A stretch of DNA of 62,572 nt, filler included, from Rhabdomonas costata (taxonomy: Eukaryota): the NCBI GenBank assembly GCA_019059605.1. It is 28 parts of 28 records of this genome, joined end to end, with 100 filler letters (N's around TTAATTAATTAA, not from the genome) between each part and the next. Parts side by side here need not be neighbours in the genome. Positions count along the whole stretch, not along the records: positions 11,197 to 13,335 come from JAHMHO010005348.1; positions 13,436 to 15,574 come from JAHMHO010005349.1; positions 15,675 to 17,813 come from JAHMHO010005350.1; positions 17,914 to 20,052 come from JAHMHO010005351.1; positions 20,153 to 22,291 come from JAHMHO010005352.1; positions 22,392 to 24,530 come from JAHMHO010005353.1; 22 more parts are not named here. One strand, 5' to 3'. Positions 12,676 to 24,293 of the stretch are shown one piece after another. Within the stretch, counting starts at the first letter, position 1. The number at the start of each line of letters is the position of its first letter. Below the pieces are notes generated by a model, which did not search any database, was not told where the DNA came from, and was given only the letters and a program-made list of their open reading frames with translations. Position numbers and translations under genes: made by a program.

Positions 12676-13705
12676 GTATGCGCTTGCAGATTGGTGGAGG
12701 GTTGGGTGACCCTTCACCCACCAACCGTGCTGTCATTCTGTAAAACGTCTCTTCCAGAACCTTTGCCTCCGCTTTGGATGTATGCCCGTGAAGTTTTGTG
12801 GCAGCAGCAGCAGTGGCTTTCACACCAGCAAAGCATCGTCAGGGTACGACGAAAGCTGCACAGGGCAAAAATGCAGAATTGTCATACTGAAAGATGATTC
12901 GGTTATCTGCTTTGAGGGGTGTTCGGAATTTTCACCAGAGTCCACCAGAGTCTACGGAAGATAGGAGCCAAGTTGTTTCGCTGTAGAGAGGATGGTCTTC
13001 GAAAGTTCAAAAACCGCGCTTTTCCAGCACTTATGCACTGGCAGCTTGCACCGCACAAGGACAAAAAAACCTGCGAGGAGTGGGGGACCTACACACAGTT
13101 TCCAGCAACAGCACGCAACAGCATCCTTGGCAAATAGCCAAGTTGCACTCCTTGGCGAAGCAAGGTCAAACTAAACCATGCCCACCACTTGCGCGGGTAC
13201 CACCGTTGCTTAATGAATAATATTCATAATAATAACAGCATTATTTCGGCTGCAGTAAAACCTACGGCACTCTCCGCGCGGTAAATCCGGTAAAGCTTTT
13301 CAGCCAGCCCTCGAGCAGGGAGCCCGCCACCACCCNNNNNNNNNNNNNNNNNNNNNNNNNNNNNNNNNNNNNNNNNNNNTTAATTAATTAANNNNNNNNN
13401 NNNNNNNNNNNNNNNNNNNNNNNNNNNNNNNNNNNTGTTGTTTTTCGTGTTTCTGCCCGCGTGCGCTCGAAGACAAGAAAACGAAGGTGAAGTGAAACAA
13501 ACCTGCACTTGATCGCAAGTCGGTTTCTGTCCTCAGTCCACGCATAAGAACGAGAATTTTGTCAAGTATGAGATCACCCTTGTCCCACCAGCCTCCTCAT
13601 TGAAACGTTTCTTCCTCCCTCCCTCTCACCCGTATCACTTTGCTCAAATGTCAGTCAACGTCATCTGGTGATGGACCGTAGTGCTGATGTGTGCGCCTCT
13701 CGCAG

Positions 13706-15282
13706 TGAAGCTGATGAAGATGGTGGACACCCTGATCACGGAGATTCGCCAGGTCATCGACGGGACCGCTCTGCACCTCAGCGGTGCAGCACGACGGGGA
13801 GTGCCTGATGCGGGGCTCGGTGCCCGCGTCATGGGACGCCGAGTGGGAGGGCCCAGAGCAAGTGATGCAATGGATGAGGTGTGCGAATGCCCCACGCACT
13901 CTCTGTCGGAAAGACGGAAAGTAGTGAGAGAAGTTGGTGTTACCACCCTGAGCACCATTACAACTGATAAGCGCCGCGCTCTTTTTGCGCTGACCGTGTC
14001 GCCTTGTCGAGGGAAAAAACCGAACCAAGTATAGTGGGAGAGATAAAATGAGCCGCCTGAGGGGCCACTCCCAGGGGGTGCAAGGACAGCCTCGCAGGCT
14101 TTTTGCCTCACTTGTACACTTTTTTGTACACTAGGCCCATGGCGCTTCGGCTTCAGCCTCCATGGGAGATACGTGCTGATATCGAAAATATTTAGCCGCT
14201 TCATATTTATGTATGCTAATACTTACGCGTACATTCAGTCGGTCAAGAGCCGCGTTGAAAACATGCCTGAATTTTAGACATTGATCGCGGGTGCCCTTAC
14301 CTCAAGAAATGCCTCGACCAAATCAGCCCAAGCACGCCAGTGGTGCATTAGCGAAGGTTTACCTGACCTATATGTGTGTGTTTGTGTTTGGCAGGGCTGC
14401 GGTGAAGCGGGCTGTGGCTCTGGATGGGTGGGTGAAGCGCGACCTGGAGGGCAAGCTCCTGACCTCGAAGGTCCGGCTGGACGAGCTCTTCCGCCCCCAC
14501 ACCTTCCTGAACGCGCTCCGGCAGGAGACCGCGCGGCGCACTGGCGCCGCTCTGGACGCCCTGGTGCTGGACTGCGTGTGGGGCGACCGGCAGGCCCTGC
14601 ACGGCGCGCCCCTCTCAGTTTCCATCGAGGGTCCCTTCCACCCATCCACCGACCCACCCAACTTCATTGGGAGAACACGTACTCTATCACAGATAATCTG
14701 TTGATTGGTTCGCAGATGTGTCGGCACAGAAGATTTTGGATCAACCTGTCGCACTAGTGCTTGAGGTGACATTTCAGTCCTGTGTGCCGCGCCGTAAACC
14801 TGAATATTTCTGTGCCTCGGGGAAGTGTCATCGCCTAGTCCCAGGTACCTTAATGGCAAATTCGGTGCTGATGCAGACGGTCGAGCAGAGAATGTGATAC
14901 GATGAGATAAGCAAACGACAAGCGTGTTGCATTGAGAACCCAATGCACTGTGGTGAAGTCCCTTGAAGTCTCTCTACTTCCACCACCCTCACCCGCTCGC
15001 TCAATGTCGCTTACGCTTTCCACCTTAGGGTTGTTCATGGTTGGGGTGAAGTTCGAAGAGGGGAAGTTGAGTGAAGTTCAGGCGGACGGCGCGGCGGTCA
15101 GCACCGCCCCTATGTGCAACATCGCGTGGGTGGTGGAGCGCCAGGACTTCAAGCACCTCGTCAGCTGCCCCGTGTACACCACCGCGCAGCGAGAGAAGCA
15201 GCTCGCCGACCTCCTGGTGCCGTGCCACGGCGACCCCACCCGGTGGATCCTCACCGGCTTTGCCATTGTCATCGACCCCTGA
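13706..15282 (+). CDS. DYNC2H1: Cytoplasmic dynein-2 (IFT dynein) heavy chain, C-terminal exons 13706-13878, 14395-14630, 15029-15282; apparent frameshift near 13770
   Basis: Motifs VPASWDAEWEGPE, LDELFRPHTFLNALRQETAR and SCPVYTTAQREKQLADLLVPCHGDPTRWILTG...* match the dynein-2 C-terminus. Both introns are GT-AG and phase-consistent. Confidence 0.92.
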
Positions 15283-15807
15283 GTGCCCTGGAAACGACCT
15301 GCACTTCCTACTTCCTGCTCTTTCTTCGCCCCATACTGCCTCGAACACGCCCCAAAGCACATCTTTGTATCCTGCTACCTGCAAAGTTCCCGACCTCCAC
15401 CTCAACACACTCACACTCACACAGACTGAACCTCCTGCTTTTCGGGATGCTTACCTATGTATGTTGATTCTGCCGTCATAGATGCGGACCTTCGCAGAAA
15501 GTGAGGGACTTTTCCCGCGAAGCTCGAGTAGCCTTTTGCTTCCTTGTGTCTGTTGGAAGAAACTACCACACCCANNNNNNNNNNNNNNNNNNNNNNNNNN
15601 NNNNNNNNNNNNNNNNNNTTAATTAATTAANNNNNNNNNNNNNNNNNNNNNNNNNNNNNNNNNNNNNNNNNNNNAGTGCGACAATATGGCAATGGAAAAG
15701 ATGCGAAGATAGAGTTGCGTTATGCGCGGTTAAACCGCCTCAGGATGTAGCGCGAGGGGTAGTTGGTTTTGTGATGAAGTCAAAAAGGGGTAAGGTGGGG
15801 GGCTTAG

Positions 15808-17612
15808 GCTGTTTCTTGATCCCACTGCGGCTCGTGCGGCGGTGGAGGTGTTGGTGCGGCATCAGGTGGTGCCCCTCGTCTACGGGGAGGACGACATCAC
15901 CCGATACCTCGACTGCCCCGAGTTTCCTAGCCACGAGGTTGAATTGCAGAGGGAATTCCCTGCTGCGCTCTCTTCCGCTTCTTCACATCGCCTCTAATTT
16001 CTCGCGGGATCCCAATCCAGCCCAAATTGGAACATAATTCTCTCAGGAGTTCCCCAAGGTTGGGGTTGGGCAACTGTGGTTGAGCCGTTTTGTGAGGGAT
16101 TTTACTCAGATTGCTGGTGCGCCGAGGCGTTGCACTGGAGCCGGGGACGTTGACGGTGCGTAGATTCGGTGTCCTGTGATCGACACGCAATGCGACGTCG
16201 CAGTGTTATGATGTGCCCGTTGATACGTTGATGAAGTTGCAGTTGAGTGGAATACCCCCCCCCATCTCCAGTGAAATTCGGCGTAAGGGAGCATTCGCCG
16301 TTTTGCGTGAGTTGGAGGAATGATGGGTCTTACTACTGATCTTTTTTAACGAACACCTGTTTCGCTGGAGTGACATTTGACAAACGTAAGAAACAAGAAA
16401 CTCTCAAAGGAGATGCCCTCTGGGGTTGGATGCAGTCGGTCGAAGCAGTGCGGTAGGTGGTTCCGTTGTGATTATTTGCAATGATTTTTCGCCATTTCCT
16501 TTTCATGGCAGGCTGTCCTGAAGGTAGTTAAGAAGAGAACCTGGCAGCCCTTTCAGGCGGCAAAGTCTGTGGAAGACCTGCTGCGGGTGCCCATGGTGCA
16601 GATCACTGCTGTGGAGTCTGCCGCGCGGGTCAGGGAGCTGCACCCCCACGTTGGCTCCGCTGTAGGAGAGGTCTGCCGAAGAGCAGCGCGTGAGTGTGAG
16701 ACTTGTTTTGGATCGGCTTGCATCCGTGGGCGTTGTTATACTCGACTGCCGTGATCTAAATGATCAAGGAGTATCTAAACAGCTGTAGGCAGAGTTGCCG
16801 GCCCTCGAAGGTATCCACCAGACACCATAGCAAACTCGCGGATATGATGGCCAAGCGAGTACTCACTCGAGCACAAATTAACAGAGTCCTTAGGCGGGAG
16901 ATGCTCATCATCAACTTTTCGAGGGGGTCGCAACGTAGAAGCGTGGGCTGGAGCGGAAGAGATGGTCGATGGTCAAGCAACCGTGCGTTCCCCGACATGC
17001 GTGTTTGATTGCCAAGAAAAATTGCCTGCGGGTTGGTAGAGTCTCTCGCACCAGAATTTGATAATTTCGCTTTTGGTAATAGCACTCATTTTTTAGAAGG
17101 GAAGCTGAACATGTTGAGCGACTGTCCAGGTGCTCGGCGTGCCGTATAATTGCCGCTGTGAACTCGTGAAACATAACGCCCATTTATTGTTTATATCTAT
17201 ATCGAACTTCCGCTTCAGGTACTGCAGTTTCGCACAGTCTGCAACTGCATCCCGGATCGTGTGTAAGGGTTCAAATCGGCCCAATTACATTTTGCGTCAC
17301 CGTGCTCTCTCGTCGCAGAGCTGTGAGATCCGTAACCATTCAAGCGAGAAGGAAGTGCAAGAAGTTTACATGCGCCCAGCATCACTTTTTTCAGGTAGCA
17401 TATGCCTTAGTTCCACATCCCGTTGTTTTTCTCAGGCCGCGTACGTCGTTCTTACCCCTTCTTCTGTTATGGGTGGCCTGTCCTTCCTGGAGGTAAACCA
17501 CCCCGAGGCCAGCAAAGGCATCGCCCTGCAGAAGTTGGCCTATAGACTGGGCATCCCGATGTCTGCTGTGATGTATTTTGGGGACAGTCTGAATGACCTC
17601 CCCGCCATGGAG
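15808..17612 (+). CDS. Cof-type HAD-IIB hydrolase, exons 15808-15937, 16512-16670, 17436-17612
   Basis: FLEVNHPEASKGIALQKLAYRLGIPMSAVMYFGDSLNDLPAME contains HAD motifs III and IV (K...GDxxND). The joins are phase-0 GT-AG. Confidence 0.9.
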
Positions 17613-17913
17613 GTGATTTCCCCCCTTCACTCCCCCAATCCAGTCGAGTGCGTCTCCTTCTGAGAAGCTATGGGCACAACCCACAACTAGTATCTATTTG
17701 GAGTTATGGATTTCAGAAGGGGGGCTTGCTCCCCATTCATTGGTTGAAAACCGGTTATTAATGAACTGGTGAAAACACATGATCCGACATAGATTGGCGA
17801 AGGCCCAACACCCNNNNNNNNNNNNNNNNNNNNNNNNNNNNNNNNNNNNNNNNNNNNTTAATTAATTAANNNNNNNNNNNNNNNNNNNNNNNNNNNNNNN
17901 NNNNNNNNNNNNN

Positions 17914-18915
17914 GTGGGTTGGGCAAAATGGTCACCCCTGCGTTCCCTCCTTTGTTGCGGGGCGGGGGCTCGGAGCTGGCGGGGGAGGGTATTCTTTGGA
18001 AGTGGAAGGCCTTCTTTGAGCAGGCCTACCCCCAGTACGACCTGAGCTTTGCCTCCTCGAACAATTCCAATGGGATGAGCCAGCTCCAGTGGAACCAGGT
18101 CGGCGTGACGTACTGTAGATGAAGGGAAGTGAGAATGACTGCTCCACAAGGGCAAGAGCTTTTCATTCTTCGGTAATAGTATTTGGTTTTGTCGGATTCT
18201 ATTAGGAACCTCCCTTCACCTGCATGCTACCTGCAAAAGCCGTTTTTTGTGGGGAGCAGAGCTTTCGGTATCTTTTGGACCGTGGTTGGAGCGGACCCAC
18301 CTCACCAAGCCCTCAGCACGTCGGCTTCACCACAAAGGGAAGTGGCGGCGAAGGCTTCCGGAAATCGACCCAACTTCATGTTGAGGTTGGGGTGCCGGAA
18401 AACGTGTTTTTACGCCAATTTGAGCTGTTTTTGAGGTCTTTCGCTCCGCTTCGAGCAGTTAATGGGGTGGTTTTGAGCTGTTTTTGGTGTACCCACGGTG
18501 TGCTATTCCCCTTAGCAACCCCTTTTCAGCCCTGGAAAGCTCTTCTAAAGCCCCTAAAAAGGGCGATTTGGATTCCAAGGAAGTCAGAGCGGTACCGAAG
18601 TCCAACACTGCTCCCAAGACATTGGAACGAGTCAAAGGTCTCTCCCTGGCGAAGTGAAAGCGTTTCGTTGTAGGACCCCTTAGCGCTAGCACTGGCGCGC
18701 AGCGCCAAAACACACTTTACGAAGCAGGTCTACCGAATCTTTTTTTATCTTTGCTTTTTCCGCCTGGTGGAGTTTCGATTAGTACGCCTTTGACGGTGTG
18801 GAATTGTTTCCGTTGGGTGCACATGTAACTTCAGGTGGACTTCGCCCTGACGACGCTGCCGCCCGATCTTCCTGAGCCCGACATGATGCACCTGCCGCTC
18901 ATCGTGCACCCCATG
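17914..18915 (+). CDS. PstS-like (periplasmic-binding-protein fold) domain, N-terminal exons ~17914-18098 and 18835-18915
   Basis: LLRGGGSELA...LWKWKAFFEQAYPQYDLSFASSNNSNGMSQLQWNQ|VDFALTTLPP...MMHLPLIVHPM follows the PstS pattern L.G.GS...W...Y..V.I.Y...GSG.G..Q...VDF. The ligand-binding residues are divergent. Confidence 0.6.
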
Positions 18916-19357
18916 GTGGGCGACTTGTTTCGCACTCTCATCTCTATTTTCGCAATTTTTCGCAATTCTCGCTGGTATCTGTCTTCCGCAGAGCCGACTG
19001 TGATGTTCTTTGTTTTCGTGGCAGTGTGGCAACCCCTACCTCTGGTTGCCATCGGGCTTTTGTTGGTTTGTTGTTTGTGATGGGTGACAGCTTCACTTCG
19101 GGTCTTAAATCTATGCGTTTGCTTCGTACTACTCATTGCTTTAAGAATTGGATGTGCTTGATTTTCCTCGAACCAGTGCTTTTCTCGCAGAGAAGCGTGA
19201 TTGTGTTCCCAGTGGATGCAGGTGCGACCTGGCACCATTTTTTCTACCTTACCTCAGGGCAGGGGGTAGGCCGGTTTTTCTATTGTTCCTCAAACAGTAG
19301 TACATTGGTTTTGCATTTTCATTCCGGTCTACGTTGCTTTCCCATGGTGCCCTGCAG

Positions 19358-19495
19358 ACGAAGGGGTGTGGCAGCAAGGCAGCCAAGACGCTCTCTTTCT
19401 GGTGGACGTGGTGTACAACGCGGAGGCTGCGCTGCAGTTCGGGCGGGTCTTCGAGCTGGTGCCCTCAGCCTCTGCCGCAAGGACGGACTTCGATG
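19358..19495 (+). CDS. Exon of uncertain frame, probably the same gene as 17914-18915
   Basis: Has a CAG acceptor, a GT donor and GC-rich coding bias. One frame gives TKGCGSKAAKTLSFWWTW and another gives VYNAEAALQFGRVFELVP. Confidence 0.45.
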
Positions 19496-20972
19496 GTGCG
19501 TTTGTTTGTGTATGTCCTCCCTCCTGTGTGGCGTACTGGTACCGTACCGCCGCTTGTGCGCGGATACCACACGAACAAAAGAAACAGTGTGCTTTGCAAG
19601 CGAGTAACATGGGAACCAAAGAAAAGCGAATGTATCGAAATGTAATCGGATGCAGAAAAGGATGAGCGCAGTGTCTGTCAAGAAAGGAATGCATGCGCCA
19701 ACCAAGCATTTTTTGATAACAACACCGTCTTCCGGGTTCCCAAACTTGCTTCAGGTGCTGTTGCGTGCTCTCTCTCTCTCGATGTTCTTCAAAGCGCAGT
19801 CCTGTTGTGTCCGTCATTTTTCGAATTCTACAGTGTTGTTTTGAAGCGGCTCCGCCTGTCAGCTATGGAGGTTGAAATGGTGTTTTCTGTCGCGGGCGCG
19901 TTGGCAATTCGAACACCCGATACTTCGGCGGCTTTGAAATGGCTACTCTCTCCTCGGCTCTTCGTTCATATGCATGAGCGCGTCTGCCTTCCCGCTGTCG
20001 TGGTCTGGCACGATTATTCCTGAATGTGTGCTGGTGCTGCCATCCACCCCCCNNNNNNNNNNNNNNNNNNNNNNNNNNNNNNNNNNNNNNNNNNNNTTAA
20101 TTAATTAANNNNNNNNNNNNNNNNNNNNNNNNNNNNNNNNNNNNNNNNNNNNGGGGTGGTGGGGAAGCAATTATGCTGACATCGGTTACAACGGAAGACA
20201 TTTTAGGTTTCCCGAAACCCCTTAAAGAGCCCAAATGGTGCCTTTTGGTACCACTTTACCAACTCTCACTTTTAAGGTGGCACGGGCAATATTTCAATAC
20301 CCCAGGACAGTGCATAGTATCATTTATCTGTCGCCCGAATCTGCGCCTCGCTGCTCTCTTCCCTCAATTCACGTTCTCAACCTTTTCCATGAACCTGTAA
20401 ATTATAACCGCGTTCTCAAGTATACTTGCTGAATGAATGTTTTGTGCCGTAATGTCCATCAAATCGCGTCAATCCTCTAATTGCACAGCAAGAAGCCTGG
20501 CACACACACACACACACACACAATCGCTTCTTTGCGTGTCAAGGGCTCAATTCGAAATTCACGATGGAAGCCGCAAAGCAAACCTGGGCGGCCGGAGCAG
20601 TTGGGGTCGTTGGTATCCTTCCCAAAGAGGATAACCGGAGGCTTCGACGTGGAAACGGCACCGCTTCTGTCCCAAAAATAGTTAAAACAGACAGTAGCGG
20701 GGTACATTAGATACTCATACTTCACAAGAGGGGAAGAGGCCACCGGTCCGCTTAAAAAATCAGGAACCCAACACTCCCGACTTGCGTGATTCACATGACT
20801 TCCGTGGGTGATTGAGTGATTTTGTGTGATTTAGTGTGTCTGCATGATTTGTGACGAACGTGGCCCTGCTTTCATTACAAAAGCGCGGGCATATAGAGGG
20901 CAACAACGACCAAAAGATAAGAAGCGAACAGAAGCCACCAAAGGAGAAAGAAAATAGAAGTGAGAAATAAAC

Positions 20973-22198
20973 CCTTCCTTGGATTGGCCCAAGGAGGCGT
21001 ACTCCACGTAGGTCGCCAGGGGCTCGCGGACAAACCCGGCCAGCCCCTCCGGGGGCTCCGGCACGGCACTCAGGAACGTGTCCACGTTGGCCAACATGGT
21101 TGTCCAGTGCCGCCTACAACACCGGGAGAGAAGCCCCTACGCGCTAAAATGAACTCAGCAAAGTCACTCCTTGAAGGTTGGCGAGGTTGGTGCTGGTAGC
21201 CGAAAAAAGGGTTCACCAATGATAAAAAGGGGTTTTAAAAAACATACGAGAACTGATCTAGGTTGGCCAACATGGCGGTGCTCAATGCGTGCGCGTCGAG
21301 AAAGCCGTAAACGGGCTCCACAAGAGACGAGAGGTCCACCACAGTATGCTCCCTTGTGAAAAACCGCCGCAGGCCTTTCGCTGAGCACAAAAAAACGCGC
21401 TACTGTTGCGAAGCTCACCACACACCACAGGGACATCCTAAACTTCCTCGAAATCGAGAATTGCATGTATAAATCCGCGTCACAGCGGCAAAAAAAAGTA
21501 GCAACAGAAAGGGGACCTCTAAAGCAGGCATTTCCGGATTAGAAGGCCAAATGGGATGGTGAAAAAACTGAATTTAACCTGGAGATGATTTGCTTCTTTT
21601 TTACCCATTCTTTGTTTTCTATCTACCCCTTACTTTGAGATGACGCAGTATATGAAGGACTGAAGTGTAAATAATTTTTCTCGTGGGAAGTTACGAGGAG
21701 ACAGGGGGGCGGAGCCCCTCGCCAGCTTTTTGGGGTTAAATGCTTCTTTTCTACAACTTTTAACATGCAAAAATCCTTTTTTCTGCGGAAGTCTATAGAT
21801 TGGGTACCTGCATACAAGATGTAGGACGCTTGCCGACAAAGGCCATAATGAGGTTCGTATACACCGGAAGCTGTACAGCTAAGAAAATCTGAGTGAATAA
21901 TACGACTATCCCAGAATATCCGTTGAAAGCGTGGATTGACGCGACATGCCGACCTGACAAGTTGAGTCAAAACTTTTGGGAACACTTACCGTCGACGGCG
22001 TAAGACTGCACAATGGGCCAGCGCTCGACAGTCTTCTTGGGGTCCGCCCCATCCAAAGGGATCCCAATGCGGGCAAAGTCGCGCACCATCAGCCGAAAGG
22101 ACTCCACTTTGTGCTCCTCAAACAAGTCTTGGTCCTGAACAAGGCAGAGGCGGTGTGCAAACATCATTTTTAGCCCCAGGCCGCGGAACATCGCCAAC
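20973..22198 (-). CDS. Uncharacterised protein, exons 22198-21990, 21878-21808, 21113-20973
   Basis: Strong GTAAGT donor and coding-like GC bias. The first two exons join in phase (...PIVQSYAVD|AVQLPVYTNL...). The third needs an intervening exon that I could not identify. Confidence 0.55.
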
Positions 22199-22391
22199 CT
22201 TTTCAAAAGGCCGTCGCAAAGTAGGACCTCGCCGCAATCGGGCTGGATACAGCCAAATTAAGCGGCCCCTCCCGTCACGTTACCCCCAACANNNNNNNNN
22301 NNNNNNNNNNNNNNNNNNNNNNNNNNNNNNNNNNNTTAATTAATTAANNNNNNNNNNNNNNNNNNNNNNNNNNNNNNNNNNNNNNNNNNNN

Positions 22392-22859
22392 TCTCGCCTA
22401 CTTGAAGATCCCAAATGTGACATTAGTTTCGGCTTTCTGGCTCTGTTCCACATTTTTTCGGGTGACGCTTCTTTCTGTCCACGTTCTTTCTCAGGCGTTT
22501 TTGTTGGCATCCGGTGTTCGATGAAGGACGCTGACACATCTCATTACCCGTTCTTGTTGGGGCTGTTGGGCTAAGGAGGCTGACAAGTTTTGAGGTTTCG
22601 CAGGATGGCAGACGCCAATTCTTTTCGTCGGAGCCAATGTTTGTGATGGGTTGGTTTAAAAATGGCCGAGAGTCTAGTGGTGCTCGACGAACTGCCGCAC
22701 CGCACATAACACAATGGCGCTTCTTTATTCCACCGGGAAACTTCTTATCCGCTTTTCTCGCCTACTTGAAGATCCCAAATGTGACATTAGTTTCGGCTTT
22801 CTGGCTCTGTTTCACATTTTTTTGGGTGACGCTTCTTTCTGTCCACGTTCTTTCTCAGG
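22392..22859 (+). repeat. 104-bp direct repeat (22392-22495 and 22756-22859), period 364 bp
   Basis: Two copies of TCTCGCCTACTTGAAGATCCC...TTCTCAGG with 2 mismatches. The first copy is cut by the contig start. Confidence 0.95.
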
Positions 22860-23137
22860 GAGTCTCCGGTCACTACCGTTATTCCTTCTATTTTCTCTCA
22901 CCTACTTGGTCTCCCACCACTCTCACCTCCGTCCTTCTCTCCGGTAATCGTTTTCCTCTCGCCCACACTTATCTAAGGACTGCACTCCTTTAAACGCTGG
23001 TGGCCGGAGGATTTACCATCCTGTGACATTCCTTTAAAATTCTTTGACTCTTTGTCGACTTTCTATCGGTGCACTAACACTTACGCCGCCGCTGCCCTTA
23101 TCTTTCTCACCTTTTCTTGGGGGGCGCCACCCCGGAG

Positions 23138-23449
23138 ATGCCCCGCAGCCTATCCCCTAGGCTGTCCGGCGCCAACCTTAGCCGCTGCTGCCCTTCCATC
23201 TTCCGCCGCCTCAAGCGCTGCCAGGTCCCGATATGGGTGCTTCTGGTGAGCCTGTCCACGCTCTCCCTCGTCGTGGTTGGGGCGCTGTCGTTTGGACTGT
23301 CCCAGCTGTGGGGTGGGCAGGCCATCGACTTTGTTGCAGTGAAGTACCGGGAGCTCGCGTGTGCCACGGTGCAGGGCCACGTGGTAGACTTCCTGTCCGA
23401 GGTCAAGGCTACAACGAGGCAGCTGGCGATGTACGCCGCAGTGTCCTCA
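23138..23449 (+). CDS. First exon of a membrane receptor (N-terminal TM helix then an extracellular helix; receptor nucleotide-cyclase/Cache-like layout)
   Basis: ATG follows a pyrimidine-rich region. VPIWVLLVSLSTLSLVVVGALSFGL is a TM helix, followed by AIDFVAVKYRELACATVQGHVVDFLSE. The architecture is inferred and no catalytic domain is present here. Confidence 0.55.
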
Positions 23450-24231
23450 GTGGGCCCAGGTTTGGGAGGGCCCTCCGCCCAAATTTGAGACCGCTGTAAT
23501 TTTTATACTTGATCATCCATGACACCTCGGTTCTGGAGTTTCATTAAAACTATATGGAGAGAACAATTCACATTCACGGGGGTTGGGGAGGGCATTTCGA
23601 AAGGTTATATCCCAAGTTTTTAAATGCATTTTACCACGTGGAAATTCCAGCACCTGGCAACCCGTTACCCGCCATCACCCCGTGTTGTTGTGCTGCACAG
23701 ACGCTGCCGGCAAAATCTGGACAGCGTGCAGTTGCTTCTCTTGGGTACTATATACATAGTAGTGTTGTCGCACCCCATTTTATAGCAACAGTTCCGAGAG
23801 GCAGTTTGCCTGATGGGCAATACTTCCGAGCACTCACTTGGTTTCCGCTGTGGTTTTCTGGTTTCTTGGCTTCTTGAACATAGCCGATTATGGGAATCCC
23901 ATCCTACCCTGCGCCAATTCATCAACGCGATGATTTTGTGAGCTCAAAGCTTTTCCCTCAAACCTCAGGCTCTTCATCCCTTAGTGAATCGCGTGCCAAA
24001 AGATATTAGGTTCCACCACTCACATCAGAAACACAATCATCGGCTGAAGAAACGTTTGCGTTTGTCGGCGCTGTTGTTCACTTTCTAATCGTACCTGGAA
24101 AACACTTGCACCGGTTTCCTGTCCTCCGACCTTTATGCCTCACTTCCCCTCAACTGGGAAAGTTTTCGGCACAGGCAATGACGAACCACAAGGGTTGAGA
24201 AAAGGCTTCACCCACCGCGTCGTATGAAGAG

Positions 24232-24293
24232 AGTCAAGAATCAAGAGAATCAAGAGAATCAAGAGAATCAAGAGAATCAAGAGAATCAAGAGA
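24232..24293 (+). repeat. (AATCAAGAG)n minisatellite
   Basis: About six tandem 9-mers. Confidence 0.95.

Noticed and set aside
14628..15031. AGGGT at both ends of the second dynein intron
   Set aside because: The two copies are out of register by one base, so this is not a junction duplication.
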